In this document: in pieces, positions 1 through 12,900 of the stretch
How the letters are laid out: each line of letters starts with the position of its first letter
Numbering within the stretch: position 1 is the first letter of the stretch
Assembly: GCF_006345805.1 (NCBI RefSeq)
Contig: NC_043010.1
Coordinates: 41,602,001-41,666,000 of the forward strand
DNA: 64,000 nt
Reading direction: 5' to 3'
Origin: Octopus sinensis
Lineage: Eukaryota
The notes under the pieces: generated by a model
Told to the model about the DNA's origin: nothing
Databases searched by the model: none
The model's input: only the letters and a program-made list of their open reading frames with translations
Translations under genes and position numbers: made by a program

Positions 1-480
1 TAGCTACCTATAAAAATGAAATTGACCACATCCTGATCAACAAACAACACATACTGCAGGGCATCCTGGTAATAATACCATTCAACACAGGAAGTGATCA
101 ATACTTGCTACTGGTGAAGATTGTGATCAATGAAATTAAAAAGAAAAAGGCTTTAAGCATATCAATGAAAAATCAATGTGTCAAGGCTACCAAGCGGAAG
201 GTTTGGAGTCAGCTTAGAAAGCTTGATAAGGATTACAATTCACTGGTACAGAAAATTTAAAGCTGCATGTGGAAGGCAAAAACTGCTGGCAGAAGAATCT
301 CAGAGGAGTGGAAGAAAATTCTAGAATAACAGAAACCTATGAAGAGGAATATGAAAGATAACCTCGAGTAATCTGTTCTGCGAAAAGTGATCAGATGAGA
401 CCTCAGAAATTACTGAAAATTAAAGATTGACATAGCTGATACACCCTATGGATCACAATGTAGGTTCAAGGTGACAGACA
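1..480 (+). mobile_element. RTE-type LINE AP-endonuclease C-terminal fragment
   Basis: TYKNEIDHILINKQH...FNTGSDQYLL resembles the EN motifs IDxIL and SDH; decayed. Confidence 0.6.
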
Positions 481-749
481 AAGGAGTGATGAAAGAGACA
501 TTCATGTATATATGTGTGTGTATGTGCATGTGTGTGTATACATATATATTTAGTACACTCGGTAATGCAATTGCAATGCAATAAAAAACACTGATGTTAG
601 TTCCCTGTGACTGTGCCCAGTGGTGGGCTTACATTTTGGCTAACAAGAATGTGTTTGCTTGTGGATGTGCGCACCAACTGGCTAGTAAAGCTTTGCTTTC
701 TTTTTATATAATATGAGAGAATGTGTGAGTGTATGTATGTAGATATACA

Positions 750-1243
750 GCATCATCATCATCGTTTAACGTCCGCTTTCCATGCTAGCATGGGTTGGAC
801 GATTTTGACTGAGGTCTGGCGAACCAGATGGCTGCACCAGGCTCCAATCTTGATCTGGCAGAGTTTCTACAGCTGGATGCCCTTCCTAACGCCAACCACT
901 CCGGTACTGGCGGTACTGGCAATGACCTCGCTCGAATCTTTTACACTTGTCACTGGCACAGGTGCCAGTAAGGCAATGCTGGTAACAATCACGCTCGAAT
1001 GGTGTTTTTACGTGCCACCGGCATGGAGGCCAGATAGCTGCCCTGGCAATGATCACGCTCGGATCGTGCTCTTTAAGGCGACGCTGGTAACAATCATGCT
1101 CAACTGGTGCCTATTAAGTGCCACTGGCACGGAAGCTGGTTAGCCGCTCTGTCAATGATCACATGCGTATGGTACTCTTTGCACCCCGCTAGCACGGACG
1201 CCAGTCATCGAATTTGGTTTTGATTTTGATTTGATTTTTGATT
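750..1243 (-). mobile_element. 5'-truncated (GAT)n-tailed retroposon (probable RTE 3'UTR or partner SINE) with internal ~60-bp tandem units
   Basis: Tail GGACGTTAAAC(GAT)n; GGAAGGGCATCCAGCTGTAGAAAC block (Meta-domain-like); about 5 internal units. Confidence 0.85.
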
Positions 1244-4200
1244 TATAATAAATTCTTTTCTTTTATTTGCAGAACACAAAAAAAGAAGAACTAAGCGAAG
1301 AAATCCTGACGTAAATTAAGTTTGTTTTCACAATATTTCTAAAACATACAGAAGAAAAGCAGACAATCTATTGACAAGATGTTATTAATTCATAATGTGC
1401 TCTATGAATTAAACTTGTCTCTATAATTCAGAGACACAATATGTAATTTAGAGAAAATAAATATAAATATAAATAAATATAATACTGCAATTAAACATGA
1501 TAGCAATTTTAATCACATGCTATATTTAGGTTTTCCTTATAGATACAAAATTTCTATTTTTCTGTTATTTTGTCAAAAATTCAAGTAAAATATCTGAAAT
1601 AATTTGAAAATGAATTATAGAAATGTTTTTTTCACTAATTGTCTTGTTTTACTTTCTTTACGAGGAAAAGCAAGTACAGGCCTGAGATTTATTAAATGTA
1701 TTAAAATCATGTAACAAATTAAACTTCATTAAACAATTCTTAGAGAAAGTAAACTAGGAAATAATTTTTTCTCCTCGACCAGAAAAAAAATAATGAAACA
1801 ACCTCAAATAAAATATAATCTTACCCATTCTGTGGATGAAATCTGTTTAATTTCATCACTGACTGAAATTGTAGACAAGAATTTGTAGATGGATGATTAG
1901 ACTTTCATTTAAATAGACATATGAGCTCACCACAGATTATCTATTTAGTCTTCTATGACTTGAATAGAAGAAAATATATAGCCTATCCCCATAACAGTTT
2001 CATTTAACCATATGATAATTTGTTCAAAGATTAATATTACATCTTGTTAATAATCATGACCTATATGATATCACCAACGGATTTTCAGCCACAATAAAAT
2101 ATTATAAATATGTAATTTATATCTAAAACTTTTGTTTAGGGTCATCATTTTGATGTGCTTGTTATGTTCAAAAGTTTGCATCATCTGCAATTATCTAACC
2201 ACCAATAGCTTTTCTTTTATAATTTATTCAAATTATATTTGAATATTTAGTAGTACAAGCTATATCATTTGATATCACACGGAACAAAGGGTATTCAAAA
2301 ATTTGTTGATACTGCAACAAAGCTGAACAACTGTTATTTGAAATATCTATATCATGAGGTAACTCTGGAATTCCAATAAACTAATAAAAAGTTACGACAG
2401 GTTTGTTCACATGATAATAGATTTTTTTAAGAGAGTGAATGACAATATAAACCACAACAGTATTGATAAAGTATTATACTTTGCTTTAAATAACAGAAAT
2501 ACCAGCAAGTCTATGGTCTGTCTCAATTGAGGTTAGATGCAGTATTGAAATAACTAAATACAAATGTATTGAAAGTAAGTTTATGAAACCTGTTTAAATA
2601 AAATTGAAGTGAAAAAGTAAAAAAGAAAAATCTTGTTCTTTTGTTGCTGTATTTCAGACACATACACCTAGTCGTATATACCTAATATCTGCAGATGGCT
2701 GATGGCTAATGGCTATTAATATCAGGATTGATGGCTTTTACTGATAAACACTTACTTTTTGTTGGCCCAAACCATTTCATTGTGATTAGATACAGCTCGC
2801 TGTCATAAGTAGTGAAAGTTTGGTTGTCAAATATCAGTTATGTGGTGCTTTTAAAATTGGTAAAACTGCTACGACACAAATATTCTCTTGTACTAAAACA
2901 TGAAACAAAGTTCTCGGCAATTTGGTTTGCCTTGCATTTGGTTACAGTGCTTAGTTTTAATTATAGCCAATATATGACTGATGATCTGCAATAATTTTTT
3001 CCAATTTTAAATGCATCATATTACTGGCATCACATCACCAAACTTATCTTTGCTGATGAAATATCAACCATTATCCTCACACACACACACAGATAAACAA
3101 GTTGATAAATAAAAATCTCATGTTGATAATTGATGGTCATCGTCATCATCATCATCATCATTTAATGTCCGTTTTCCATGCTGACATGGGTTAGATGGTT
3201 TGACCAATGCTTGTAAGCTGGAGAGCTGCACTAGGCACCGGTCACCTGTTTTCACTTGATTCCTATGGCTGGATACCCTTCCTAACTCCAGATGTGTATT
3301 TGATAATTTCAGTTGATATCACAGAGCAATCAGACAGCAATATAAATAAGGTACTTCAAATTAATAACTTCTTTAAAACAATATTTCAATTGATTCTACC
3401 TCTAAATTATCATCATGCAACCTATTCAAGAATATGTATAATCACTGAGACAGGTACAGGACTCAGAAATTTTATTCTAAATGTGTTGCTTCTGAGGTCA
3501 AGATAGGATTCAATTTAAGACAGGGCATTCATCTAGCTCTAAATACATGCCAAACATTGGTTATTTCAGTAATAAAAAGTAATAATTGCACTCAGTGTAA
3601 AACATCTATAATTTAAAATCTGTCATTCTGAACATGTTGCAATCCTGGTGTCAGAATCTGTTTGGGAGCTGTGAATTATGAATAATGACATCTCATTTTG
3701 CATACACATTGCAATCACTGACAAGTTATGGATCCTGGAAACATTTAAAGCATGAAATCTTCTTACTCCTTAGGAAGATACTTGTACACAGTCATCTTGA
3801 TTATTACTTGCATTTAAGGCTCCTCAAGCTTACTGCTATGATGGAGGCAATCCACTGATCCTCCACAAAGAAGGTTGCTTCTGGTAGACTTAATTTATTG
3901 TTTGGTTTAGTATTAGAGTACCTTATGTTTATGAATTTGTTTCGCAAGATTCTTGATATAAAACTGTGTGTTGAAAAAATATTCTTATTTCAGGATGGTC
4001 ATTTTTTTCCCCCTTGCCAAATAAACACATGCACTATATATTTGTTTTTGTTTATTATTGTTCTTATTTTATCTGATGTCCATTGCCTTGAAACCTTTCC
4101 TCACACACCGGTGACCTCTTCAGTGACTCTTCTATCCTCCTGTTCTGTTTAGTCCATTCTGTCTTTCTATGAAGAGATCACAGATGTGTGACAAAAGATT

Positions 4201-5700
4201 ACTACTATTTTTAACCCCAAGAGGACGCCTCCTCCAGCCGGTTAATGATGCAATCTGCATCCGATATATATTGCAAGCCAAGAACCACACCCCTACTATC
4301 TTCTAGCAACTTGACAGGACCACCAGACCAGTATAGTTTCGGGTTATTTTTACCTATCCTCAGTGGTGGATACTTGTCCGCTAGAGATAGCAGTAGTTCG
4401 CTCCAGCTCGAAAATATATAGAAAGAAATATGTAACCATTGGTCACTGATCTTGCAACAAACAAAGTAGCTAGTAAGAAAATCTTTACTTTGCTTTTATA
4501 GAATTGAGCGTACCACCAGCTCCAGATTGAGTTGGTATCTCATATACTTTGACATATTTTCTGTTATTTTGTTCTAAACCAGTTGTATTTAATGAGCTTT
4601 CTGCAATCAGGGGGCACAAGCATCTTAGTTTTCTTGATTTTATCTCTTCTTTCTTGTTCCATTTTTTGCATCAACCTTCTTCACGTTTTCTTCCACGCAT
4701 TTTTCTTTATTTTTTTTACTGTCTAGCATCCTTGTTTTTAATATATATATATACAGAAGATGAGGTACCAAATATAATGCATAAACAGAGCCTGAAAGAT
4801 TGCTTTAAGATACATGGCATATTCTATAACCATACCTGTTCAAGTATCATAATAACATGAAACTAGCTCTTTCGGTTGTGCATTTAAACTGATATATATA
4901 TATATATATCAATTTAAATGTTGAACGATGAAAATTAGTGCACAACGCCACATTGGTGGACATTATTTCTTTACTTGTAAATTAAAACTACCATTGGTTT
5001 CATGTTAAGAAAAGTAGGGAAATATCATAGTGTTAACAATTTTTCAAGCCAACTACATGGAGAAAGGCCTAGTGTAATTCGCGGAGATTCTCGTGAATTC
5101 ACATGAATAAACAATGAATCAATGGACATTACTTTTGGGTAAAATGTAAACAAATCTGCTACAATTAATTGTAATATAAATATACATTTTAGAACCACGA
5201 TTCAACTGTAATACCAGTAGAGGTGAGTATAAGACCAAAATTCAATTTGATTAAAAAAGTTACGCTATCACCTTCAACTGAATACCAACACAGACAGCTT
5301 GTTTGAATTAGTTCACTTTGAAAACATCGTAGGTGCTGGACCCTTGATGAAATTACAGTGACTAGGATGCATAATTGTATACAGAACAATGTGAACTTGC
5401 TGCAGTTAAAACATGGTCATTGTTATATATGCTGTAAAAAACACTTAAATAAAAAAAAAGTTTTGGATCTGAATAAATCTCCATTTTCCTCTTGGTTTTC
5501 AATTATACACGTACGCACACATGCACATACACAACTATATATAATTACATAAATATAATAATAGTAATAAGGGCACAAATGAATAGCGTCACATGCTAGA
5601 AATAGATGCCAAATGGCTCTAAGAACTACAGTTACTTACTCCATTAGCACGGATTGAAAGCGAGGAAAGTGAATAAATAAGATTTCTTAAAAGAGGTTTA

Positions 5701-5758
5701 ACTATAAATCGATTTCTGGTTTAGAGATGTAAAATCTCCCTACCTTCATCAGTATAGT
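5701..5758 (-). ncRNA. Minimal type I hammerhead ribozyme, intact catalytic core
   Basis: Minus strand reads actata CTGATGA [aggtagggagat tttac atctctaaacca] GAA ATCGAT T tatagt: 6-bp stem I, full core, palindromic stem III, AUU cleavage triplet. Confidence 0.75.
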
Positions 5759-5865
5759 AGGACCAGTTGCACATAATTATAAAGATAAACTAACAGTAAA
5801 CATACATATATGTGTGTGTGTATGTGCGCGCATATATGGGTACAGGACGTCACTAACAGTAAGCA

Positions 5866-5868
<3 letters not shown>

Positions 5869-5922
<54 letters not shown>
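5869..5922. repeat. (TA)n microsatellite (one of many)
   Basis: Direct reading; similar tracts at about 25600, 39660, 46225, 48720 and 53261. Confidence 0.95.
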
Positions 5923-5927
<5 letters not shown>

Positions 5928-8900
5928 CATGTATATATATAAATATATGCAGATATACATACATACATGTACATACCTACATATATATGTATATATACAT
6001 GCATGTATGGGTACAGGACATCAAAAAAGCGTTGAACACAACGAGAAACGAAAATATAAAAACAACATAGAAAACAAACTTTTTTTTGAACAACGGAAAA
6101 AACAAACAGAGAAACGAGACATGCAACATAAAGAATATTCCTCTTCATCAGTCATCCCTGTTTCATCTACTCCGCGTTCCGAAGGTAAGGACAATATGCG
6201 ACTTCGTTGAAACAGTCCTTCCTGCAAAGCAAATTAAATAAAAATTTGGGATTTTTGTGCGGAGGGTGAAAGTGAAGAGTGAGAACAATGACAGTGAGAA
6301 CAAGACAGTAAAAACAAACTGATGAAGGGGAATAGCTAGGGGGCGACCCCCTTAATTATCAGCTAACATCTTGTTTTAAGTTTTCCCCTACTAAACCTCA
6401 TAATATTGCTTAAAATAAATCTTGCTTTTTTATGACTATACCAACTAGAATGTATATCTACTCCTTAGCCATACCCCTAACAGATACTGCCCTCTATTCT
6501 CGCAGCCTTAGATATACAAGGGATTTGATAAACTAGTCTATAAATTAAAACTGAACCCATAAAGACAAAAAAATCAGTGGCGGGCAGTGTCTTCTTGATA
6601 ATTTTAGTAACTTCTAAGTAGAGGCAACATGTTCTTTGTCTATCTCCTTAACTTCTTGGAGATTTTATGTATAATTATACTAATGTGTCTATCTGTTCTA
6701 ATTTAATTAAATTCTATGTTTTTGTGCGGCTGAAGATTGCTCTACATTTTAAATTGATGTAATGATTGCATTGTTCTATTAAATGGGGTTGCATGAAACG
6801 ATCGTACGGCATTACCTCTGGATATCCTTGTTGCTTATTTATATATATATCGTCATCGCCAAAGTCTAAGAAAGTGCCAATGGTGTGGATTTGTTTAAGG
6901 TGAACCTCAACTTGCCAGGAAGTGACCCACGCACTTGATTTCATGATCATCCTCTGTGGCATACATAGAATGAGACATGAAACTGCAACAAACGTCTGCT
7001 GACCCGGTTATAGTCTTGAGTTACGCCTTCTCTAGCATACTCATCATCATCCGCTGGTTCAGGCTTTAAGATAGGATGCAATCATCGTCTACTTGTTCAA
7101 CCTTTGGGATTTTGTGGGTGTGTGTATATATCATCATCATCATTTAACATCCGTTATCCATACTGGCATGGGTTTGACGGTTTGACAGGAACTGAGCAGA
7201 TGAGGGCCTTTTCAGGCTCCTATGTCTGTTTTGGTATGGCTTCTATGGATGGATGCCCATACATGCCCATACATATATGTTTATTCTTGAATAGAGATTC
7301 AACAGAATAAGAAATAGTTCTGAACTGAGGTTGGTGCGAAGACTATACTCAATTTCTATGATTTCTCAATATTAGAAATTAATAAAAGTAATATTTAGTG
7401 GCAACCTTATATAGTTTAATGAAACTAAAAATATTAAAGTCTTTATTTTTATCTTTCTATCTTCTGAGTTCAAATTCTGTTTGCTGTAAACTTTGCTCAA
7501 TGAACCATAGAGCAAAGTAAGTAAGTACCGGATATGCTACTTTGTAATTTCTTCAACGCCACCCACTTTTTTTCAGATACTTTCTCTTCTATCAGTTTGA
7601 TAAAAACGATAAAAAAACATCAATACTAACAACCTCAGTAGTTTTAGTGCAGCTACAAGCCTTCCCTACCATCAGCACATTTTATGCTGATAGAAACTGT
7701 GCCAAGCAGGAACATAGAAAAAAATCAAATAAAATTCTTAGACATAATACCCTAATACATTTTAAGTAGATTGTCATAAATTAGAACCAAATTTTTAAAC
7801 TTGGTATGTTTCAGGAAATGACTATTTCCTAATTGAAAATAAATGTTAAGTATATTCACATCTGGTTTTTATTCTGATAATATTTTTCTATGTAGTTAAT
7901 AACTAAGAAAATTTTGATGGTGTTGTTCTTATCATTGAGTTAAACACGTTTGTAATAGAATACTTTCAGTCTGAATATGTGGTTTTATTTTCTTGAGTTG
8001 CCCAACTTTAGTAATACCAATCCTTCCTTCAGATTAAAAAATAATTACCACCAAGGGATTCAGTTCACTGCTATAAGTACAAGCGACACTGAATGAATTC
8101 AAATAGGGGTGAAATTTCAAAGAAAACTCAGAGAGGAAATGGTGCTGCAATATCAACATCATAAGAAGAAAAAAAAACTCTTTATTTCCAGTCTATGAGG
8201 AAATTAGGTTTGAGTGAATTTAGAATTAGAAAAAGGGCATAAAAACGGTTACTTAACCTAGAATTGTTTAGTGAAGTGAAGCAATTAATGTTTTAGAATG
8301 GCTAGTGGTGTTTAAATGATGGTTACAAACATGGGGGAAAAGGGTGTTGAGAGAAAATGACAGATAGTTTCAGATCCCAAAAGGTTGAATATATACTTTT
8401 GACACAAGTGTGAACATCGACCAAAAGAAGTTTTGTTTACAAATGATTAGGAATTAGTATATTCTGAATAAATGCTAACAAGAGATTTACATGGCCTAAA
8501 GATGTTTTTTGACAAATTTTCTCAACTGCCTTGCAGGACAACTTTTGTCTCCTTTTTGTTTTTTGTTAGCATGTGACTATATAGCACTCTGGTTGCCGTT
8601 TTATCAATAGTGTAGCATGGATGAGTTGCAAGTATTAATGTGAAAATGTGCACATGTAGAACTTCAAAACATCAAAATAAAACATCATAAAGTCCTGCAT
8701 TTTACAGAAAACTGACCAAGAATTTTAAAAGAAGTTAATTCAAAATTTTCCTTTTTCTTGATCACTCGTATTCATTCAATAGAATTTAAGTATTTTTTGA
8801 CCACATGATTATAATTTCTGTTCAATTATTTTCTAGAAAAGAATGCTATCAATATATCAGATTTTATGGAACAGGTTTGAGTGACTAAGGTATTAGTCAA

Positions 8901-9813
8901 TATTTCTATAATAAATAACTTCCTAGATTTTCAACCAAGATTCGAAATTTAGCATAAATTTATCTACCAGTTATTGGTCTTGGCTTTCGCACAACTTTTA
9001 CCCTCTCTACTAGTCAACACAGAGAAGTAGATTCTCTTACTCTTTCTCTCTCTCCTTTTTCCATCCATCTTCCAGCGGTCATTCACAGATGATGTTGACT
9101 ACTTACAAAATGCATTATAGAGCTAAAAATAATCTGTGTGCAACAACAACTCAAAGAAGTTGAATTTTACATTGTAACAATGAAAATAAAGGGCCATTTC
9201 AACTAGTGATTATTATTTTTCTTCCCCACATAGAGGAATTTTTTCTGTTTGGTTGCCAAGATTTCAAAATCAAAGTTTATCAAAAATTTTTTAATTTGAT
9301 ACATTAATGTAGTTTTTCAAGCTGAATTGCTGGAGGTATTTAACTTTTACCAGAAAAATTTGATAATATTCACCCATGTCAAGAAACAGGATTTAGATGC
9401 CGTCATTTAGTGCGTGACTGCACATTTTGTCAATGTCCTGAAAATGGCACATGTGTATTTATATGGTTTATTTTTATAAACTGTAAACAAATTACGCTCG
9501 ACATTTAACTCCTCATAGTCATTTTATTTTTTGGAATTTTCAGAAAATTTTTGCCAATTTGTATTATGCACGCGGAAATTCATATGATTATGGAAAAAAG
9601 AATTATGGGGATGCGTGATTTAAGGCCTATTTAGTTGTCTTTTAGCTGTTATTTTTAGTACACCTCACAACCACCTCAATGGCGTAAAAAAAAAAACGAG
9701 TAGACATGTATTTTGTAGTTTTATGCATTCAATATACATTTAATGCAATAAACAGTGCATTATAAATTGAATATTTCTTAAGATAAGAAACTTATAACAC
9801 AAACTTATATATA

Positions 9814-10211
9814 GGCGCAGGAGTGGCTGTGTGGTAAGTAGCTTGTCTACCAACCACATGGTTCCGGGTTCAGTCCCACTGCATGACACCTTGGGCAAGT
9901 GTCTTCTACTATAACCTCGGGCTGACCAAAGCCTTGTGAGTGGATTTGGTAGACGGAAACTGAAAGAAGCCTGTCGTATATATATATATATACATGTGTG
10001 TGTGTGTTTGTGTGTCTGTGTTTGTCCCCCTAGCATTGCTTGACAACCGATGCTAGTGTGTTTATGTCCCCGTTACTTAGTGGTTTGGCAAAAGAGACTG
10101 ATAGAATAAGTGCTGGGCTTACAAAAGAATAAATCCCGGGGTCGATTTGCTCGATTAAAGGCGGTGCTCCAGCATGGCCGCAGTCAAATGACTGAAACAA
10201 GTAAAATAGTA
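9814..10211 (+). mobile_element. tRNA-headed CORE-type SINE (octopus OR-like), full length
   Basis: Head GGCGCAGGAGTGGCTGTGTGGTAAG, B-box GGTTCAGTCCC, CORE-like ACCTTGGGCAAGTG, internal (TA/TG)n, tail ..CAAGTAAAA. Confidence 0.9.
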
Positions 10212-10720
10212 TGTATTCCAGCAGTGTGTCACGATTCCAACAAGGCACCACATAAAGAAAAACTAGTCTAGTTTCACGACACACTAGTGTGCTCAGTTAT
10301 ACTTACATCTTGAGAAAACTATTTCGTCTTCTCAACAATCTTCCCAGAACCACCATCCTTAACTAGTTGACGGAGCAGGTTCTCCGCACACACTTCCCTA
10401 ACATAGCTGTTATGATCAACAGCTGTGCAATGACTCATCTCCAGTTTTTCAGCACAAAACTGGACTGAAGTCAATTCCTTAACCCATGAGTAAAGGAAAA
10501 GTACTACAATCCTAAGAGGAAGGAAGCCACCTTCAAACCACGTTTCTTTCCATACTGACACAGACTCCATGGATCCTCGGCATGAATATTGCTTATACAT
10601 ATTCCCACCACGTTCTTTTGTACTCATAAAATGTTTCTTCATTTTGCATAATTTTCTTTTAGGTATAACGCCCTTTTCTTGAAAGTACAAAACCGCATCC
10701 TCCTCTGGTGTGTGATTTAG
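10212..10720 (-). mobile_element. Merlin (IS1595/ISXO2-like) transposase fragment
   Basis: WKETWFEGGFLPLRIVVLFLYSWVKELTSVQFCAEKLEMSHCTAVDHNSYVREVCAE..GGSGKIVE followed by CRETRLVFLYVVP..RDTLLE is the Merlin layout; frameshifted and cut by a SINE. Confidence 0.75.
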
Positions 10721-11235
10721 GGCCTATTTGGCTGCTATTTTTAGCACATATGACAATCACCTCAATGACTGAACTATATTTGTTAATATGTCCTTTCTCG
10801 CAGACAAAAGAGTTCTCATGTTTGGCTTGTTACTATGGAAATAGGCATAAATGTGTGTATGGCTTGAGATTGATTAAAACTACCCCAAATTTTCAAACTT
10901 TAATAGTTAATAACTTTTTATTTATTGACTTATGGCGAAAATGATTTTCATGGCATTGATTAGTATATAAAAGTATATTGTTACACTGAATGAGAAATAA
11001 ATTCGAATAGAAATTAAAGAGACAAAAAGAAAAGAAATTGGCAGACAAACAGGAAAGATCTCAGGGAGAATGACAATTATGAAAGCAACATCAGATACAT
11101 TGAAAAGGAGAATTTCTTGGACTGTATGGCTGGGCAGGAAGCTGGTGGTGCCTTGCTGTCTGGTTAGTCTTTGAAGGGATTTTCGGTTAGCAGTGGAAAG
11201 TTTGAAGGGGACGTTGAAGAAAAGTGGGAGGATAA

Positions 11236-11313
11236 TGGGTTCATTAGGTAAAATTTTATTTGTAAAATACAGATAGTGGGTTCATTAGGTAAAATTTTAT
11301 TTGTAAAATACAG
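11236..11313 (+). repeat. 37-bp direct repeat, period 41
   Basis: tgggttcattaggtaaaattttatttgtaaaatacag at 11236-11272 and 11277-11313. Confidence 0.9.
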
Positions 11314-11871
11314 TTGCTTTGAATTTGCTTCAGAATGAGGTCTATGTTTGTGATGGTTAGTTAGGGGTGGGGGCACTAGGAATGCAGCTTGGGTGTCCAG
11401 AGGCGGCAGCCCGAAAAAGTCTGGGAACCACTGGTGTAAACAAACATGAGGTATATGTGTTTACTGTGTATGTGTTAGTGCCTTCTGTATACGGGTGTGT
11501 GAACGTATGTATATTCGTGTATTTATGTGTGCATTTGCCTGGAAAAAGATATGCGTACGTATTTTTATCTGGTGTATGCGTGTGTGTACACACACATACA
11601 CAATAGAGTCAATGCTATCTTCATAAATATTTTCTCATGAATTATTTACCTCCCCCCCCCCACACACATCATTATTTCACGGATATTAAAGGTATGTCAG
11701 CATCCAAGTTCCCCAGTTTTATCCAGTGTATCAGTGAAATACTAAAAGATGTTAGCTTCACATTGATGGATATTGGTATGTTACCATTTATGTATAATAA
11801 AAAGAACATGGAGAAATTGACATATAAACATCAATTTATTAAAACAAATCCAATTTCGAACAATATCAAAC

Positions 11872-12425
11872 TCATCATCATCATCGTTTAACGTCCGCTT
11901 TCCATGCTAGCATGGGTTGGATGGTTCAACTGGGGTCTGAAGGCTGCACCAGGCCAGTCAGATCTGGTGGTGTTTCTACAGCTGGATGCCCTTCCTAACG
12001 CCAACCACTCCGTGAGTGTAGAGGGTGCTTTTTATGTGCCACTGACACAGGTGCCAGACGAGGCTGGCGAACAGCCACGCTCGGATGGTGTTTTTACGTG
12101 CCACCGGCACGGAAGCCAGGCGAGGCTGGCACGGCCACGATCGGATGGTGTTTGTTACGTGCCACCAGCACGGAGGCCAGTTGATGCGGTGCTGGCTATG
12201 GCCACGTTCGGATGGTTCTCTTATGTGTCACCAGCACTGGTACCACAAACTACAAATTCTATTGATGTGGATCGATTTCGATTTGATTCTTTGATTTTCA
12301 TTTTCACTTACCTCAGCAGGTCTTCACAAGTAGAGTTATGTGTCTCAAGAAGGAAGGTATGCACAGGTGGACTGTGCACAGGTAGGAGCCATGGGTTATG
12401 GCCTCACTTGCCCTCCTACAATTGT
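11872..12425 (-). mobile_element. Same (GAT)n-tailed retroposon, longest copy in the window
   Basis: About 4 internal units plus extra upstream sequence. Confidence 0.85.
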
Positions 12426-12429
12426 TTCC

Positions 12430-12900
12430 ATGTCCAATCAATACAAATTAGAAAAATTAAATTAAAGATTCATATTGAAAAATAATTGATTGAACACTTC
12501 ATCAGGGTCAGAACTTGATTGAAAAAGGAACTACATCCTAATGTGTTGATGTATCCTTGGTAAACTCGGCATTAAATTCAGATATGCACACTTCTGAATT
12601 CTAATGTATTAACCCTCCTCCCCCGTTAATTGTGTATATGCAACTTTGTTTTAATTTATTTTTACACCTGCGTTTGTTAAAGTGCTGAAAAACAAAGGAG
12701 CCGTTGGGTTGCCTAAACGATATCTTAATACAGTTAATTGTAATTAAAAACTTTTATTCCAAATTTTCAATACTACTTCTGAGCCAAGCAGCTACTATGT
12801 GTTGATGAAGAGCAATAATCCTGAAACTAGTCCACAGATGTTGTTTTGCGCTGGAGCGGGGATACTGAATTCCTGGTTCGAAAATATAAAGACAGATAAT
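12430..12900 (+). mobile_element. Penelope-like element 3' end
   Basis: Decayed ORF end (IRKIKLKIHIEK*LIEHF..) resembling the PLE GIY-YIG C-terminus, followed by a UTR containing a minimal hammerhead. Confidence 0.5.
12798..12836 (+). ncRNA. Minimal type I hammerhead ribozyme, degenerate (C3 to U)
   Basis: tgtg TTGATGA agagcaataatcct GAA ACTAGT C caca: stem I tgtg/caca, palindromic stem III ACTAGT, GUC triplet. Confidence 0.6.

Larger units (their letters stand above)
5640..6860 (-). mobile_element. Penelope-like element remnant (terminal repeat with hammerhead plus decayed 3' ORF)
   Basis: Hammerhead at 5701-5758; two gggtacaggac-type subrepeats (about 5836 and 6009) shared with 44004-44480; degraded coding-like sequence at 6500-6860. 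Confidence 0.45.

Noticed and set aside
905-1205. Regularly spaced palindromic repeats that look CRISPR-like
   Set aside because: Whole units are homologous (no unique spacers), they lie in a eukaryotic retroposon, and no cas genes are present.
6319-6365. CTGATGA followed by a hairpin
   Set aside because: No downstream GAAA, stem III or UH, so it is not a hammerhead.
9814-9890. tRNA-like A/B boxes here and at other SINE heads
   Set aside because: No complete cloverleaf, and each continues into a SINE body.
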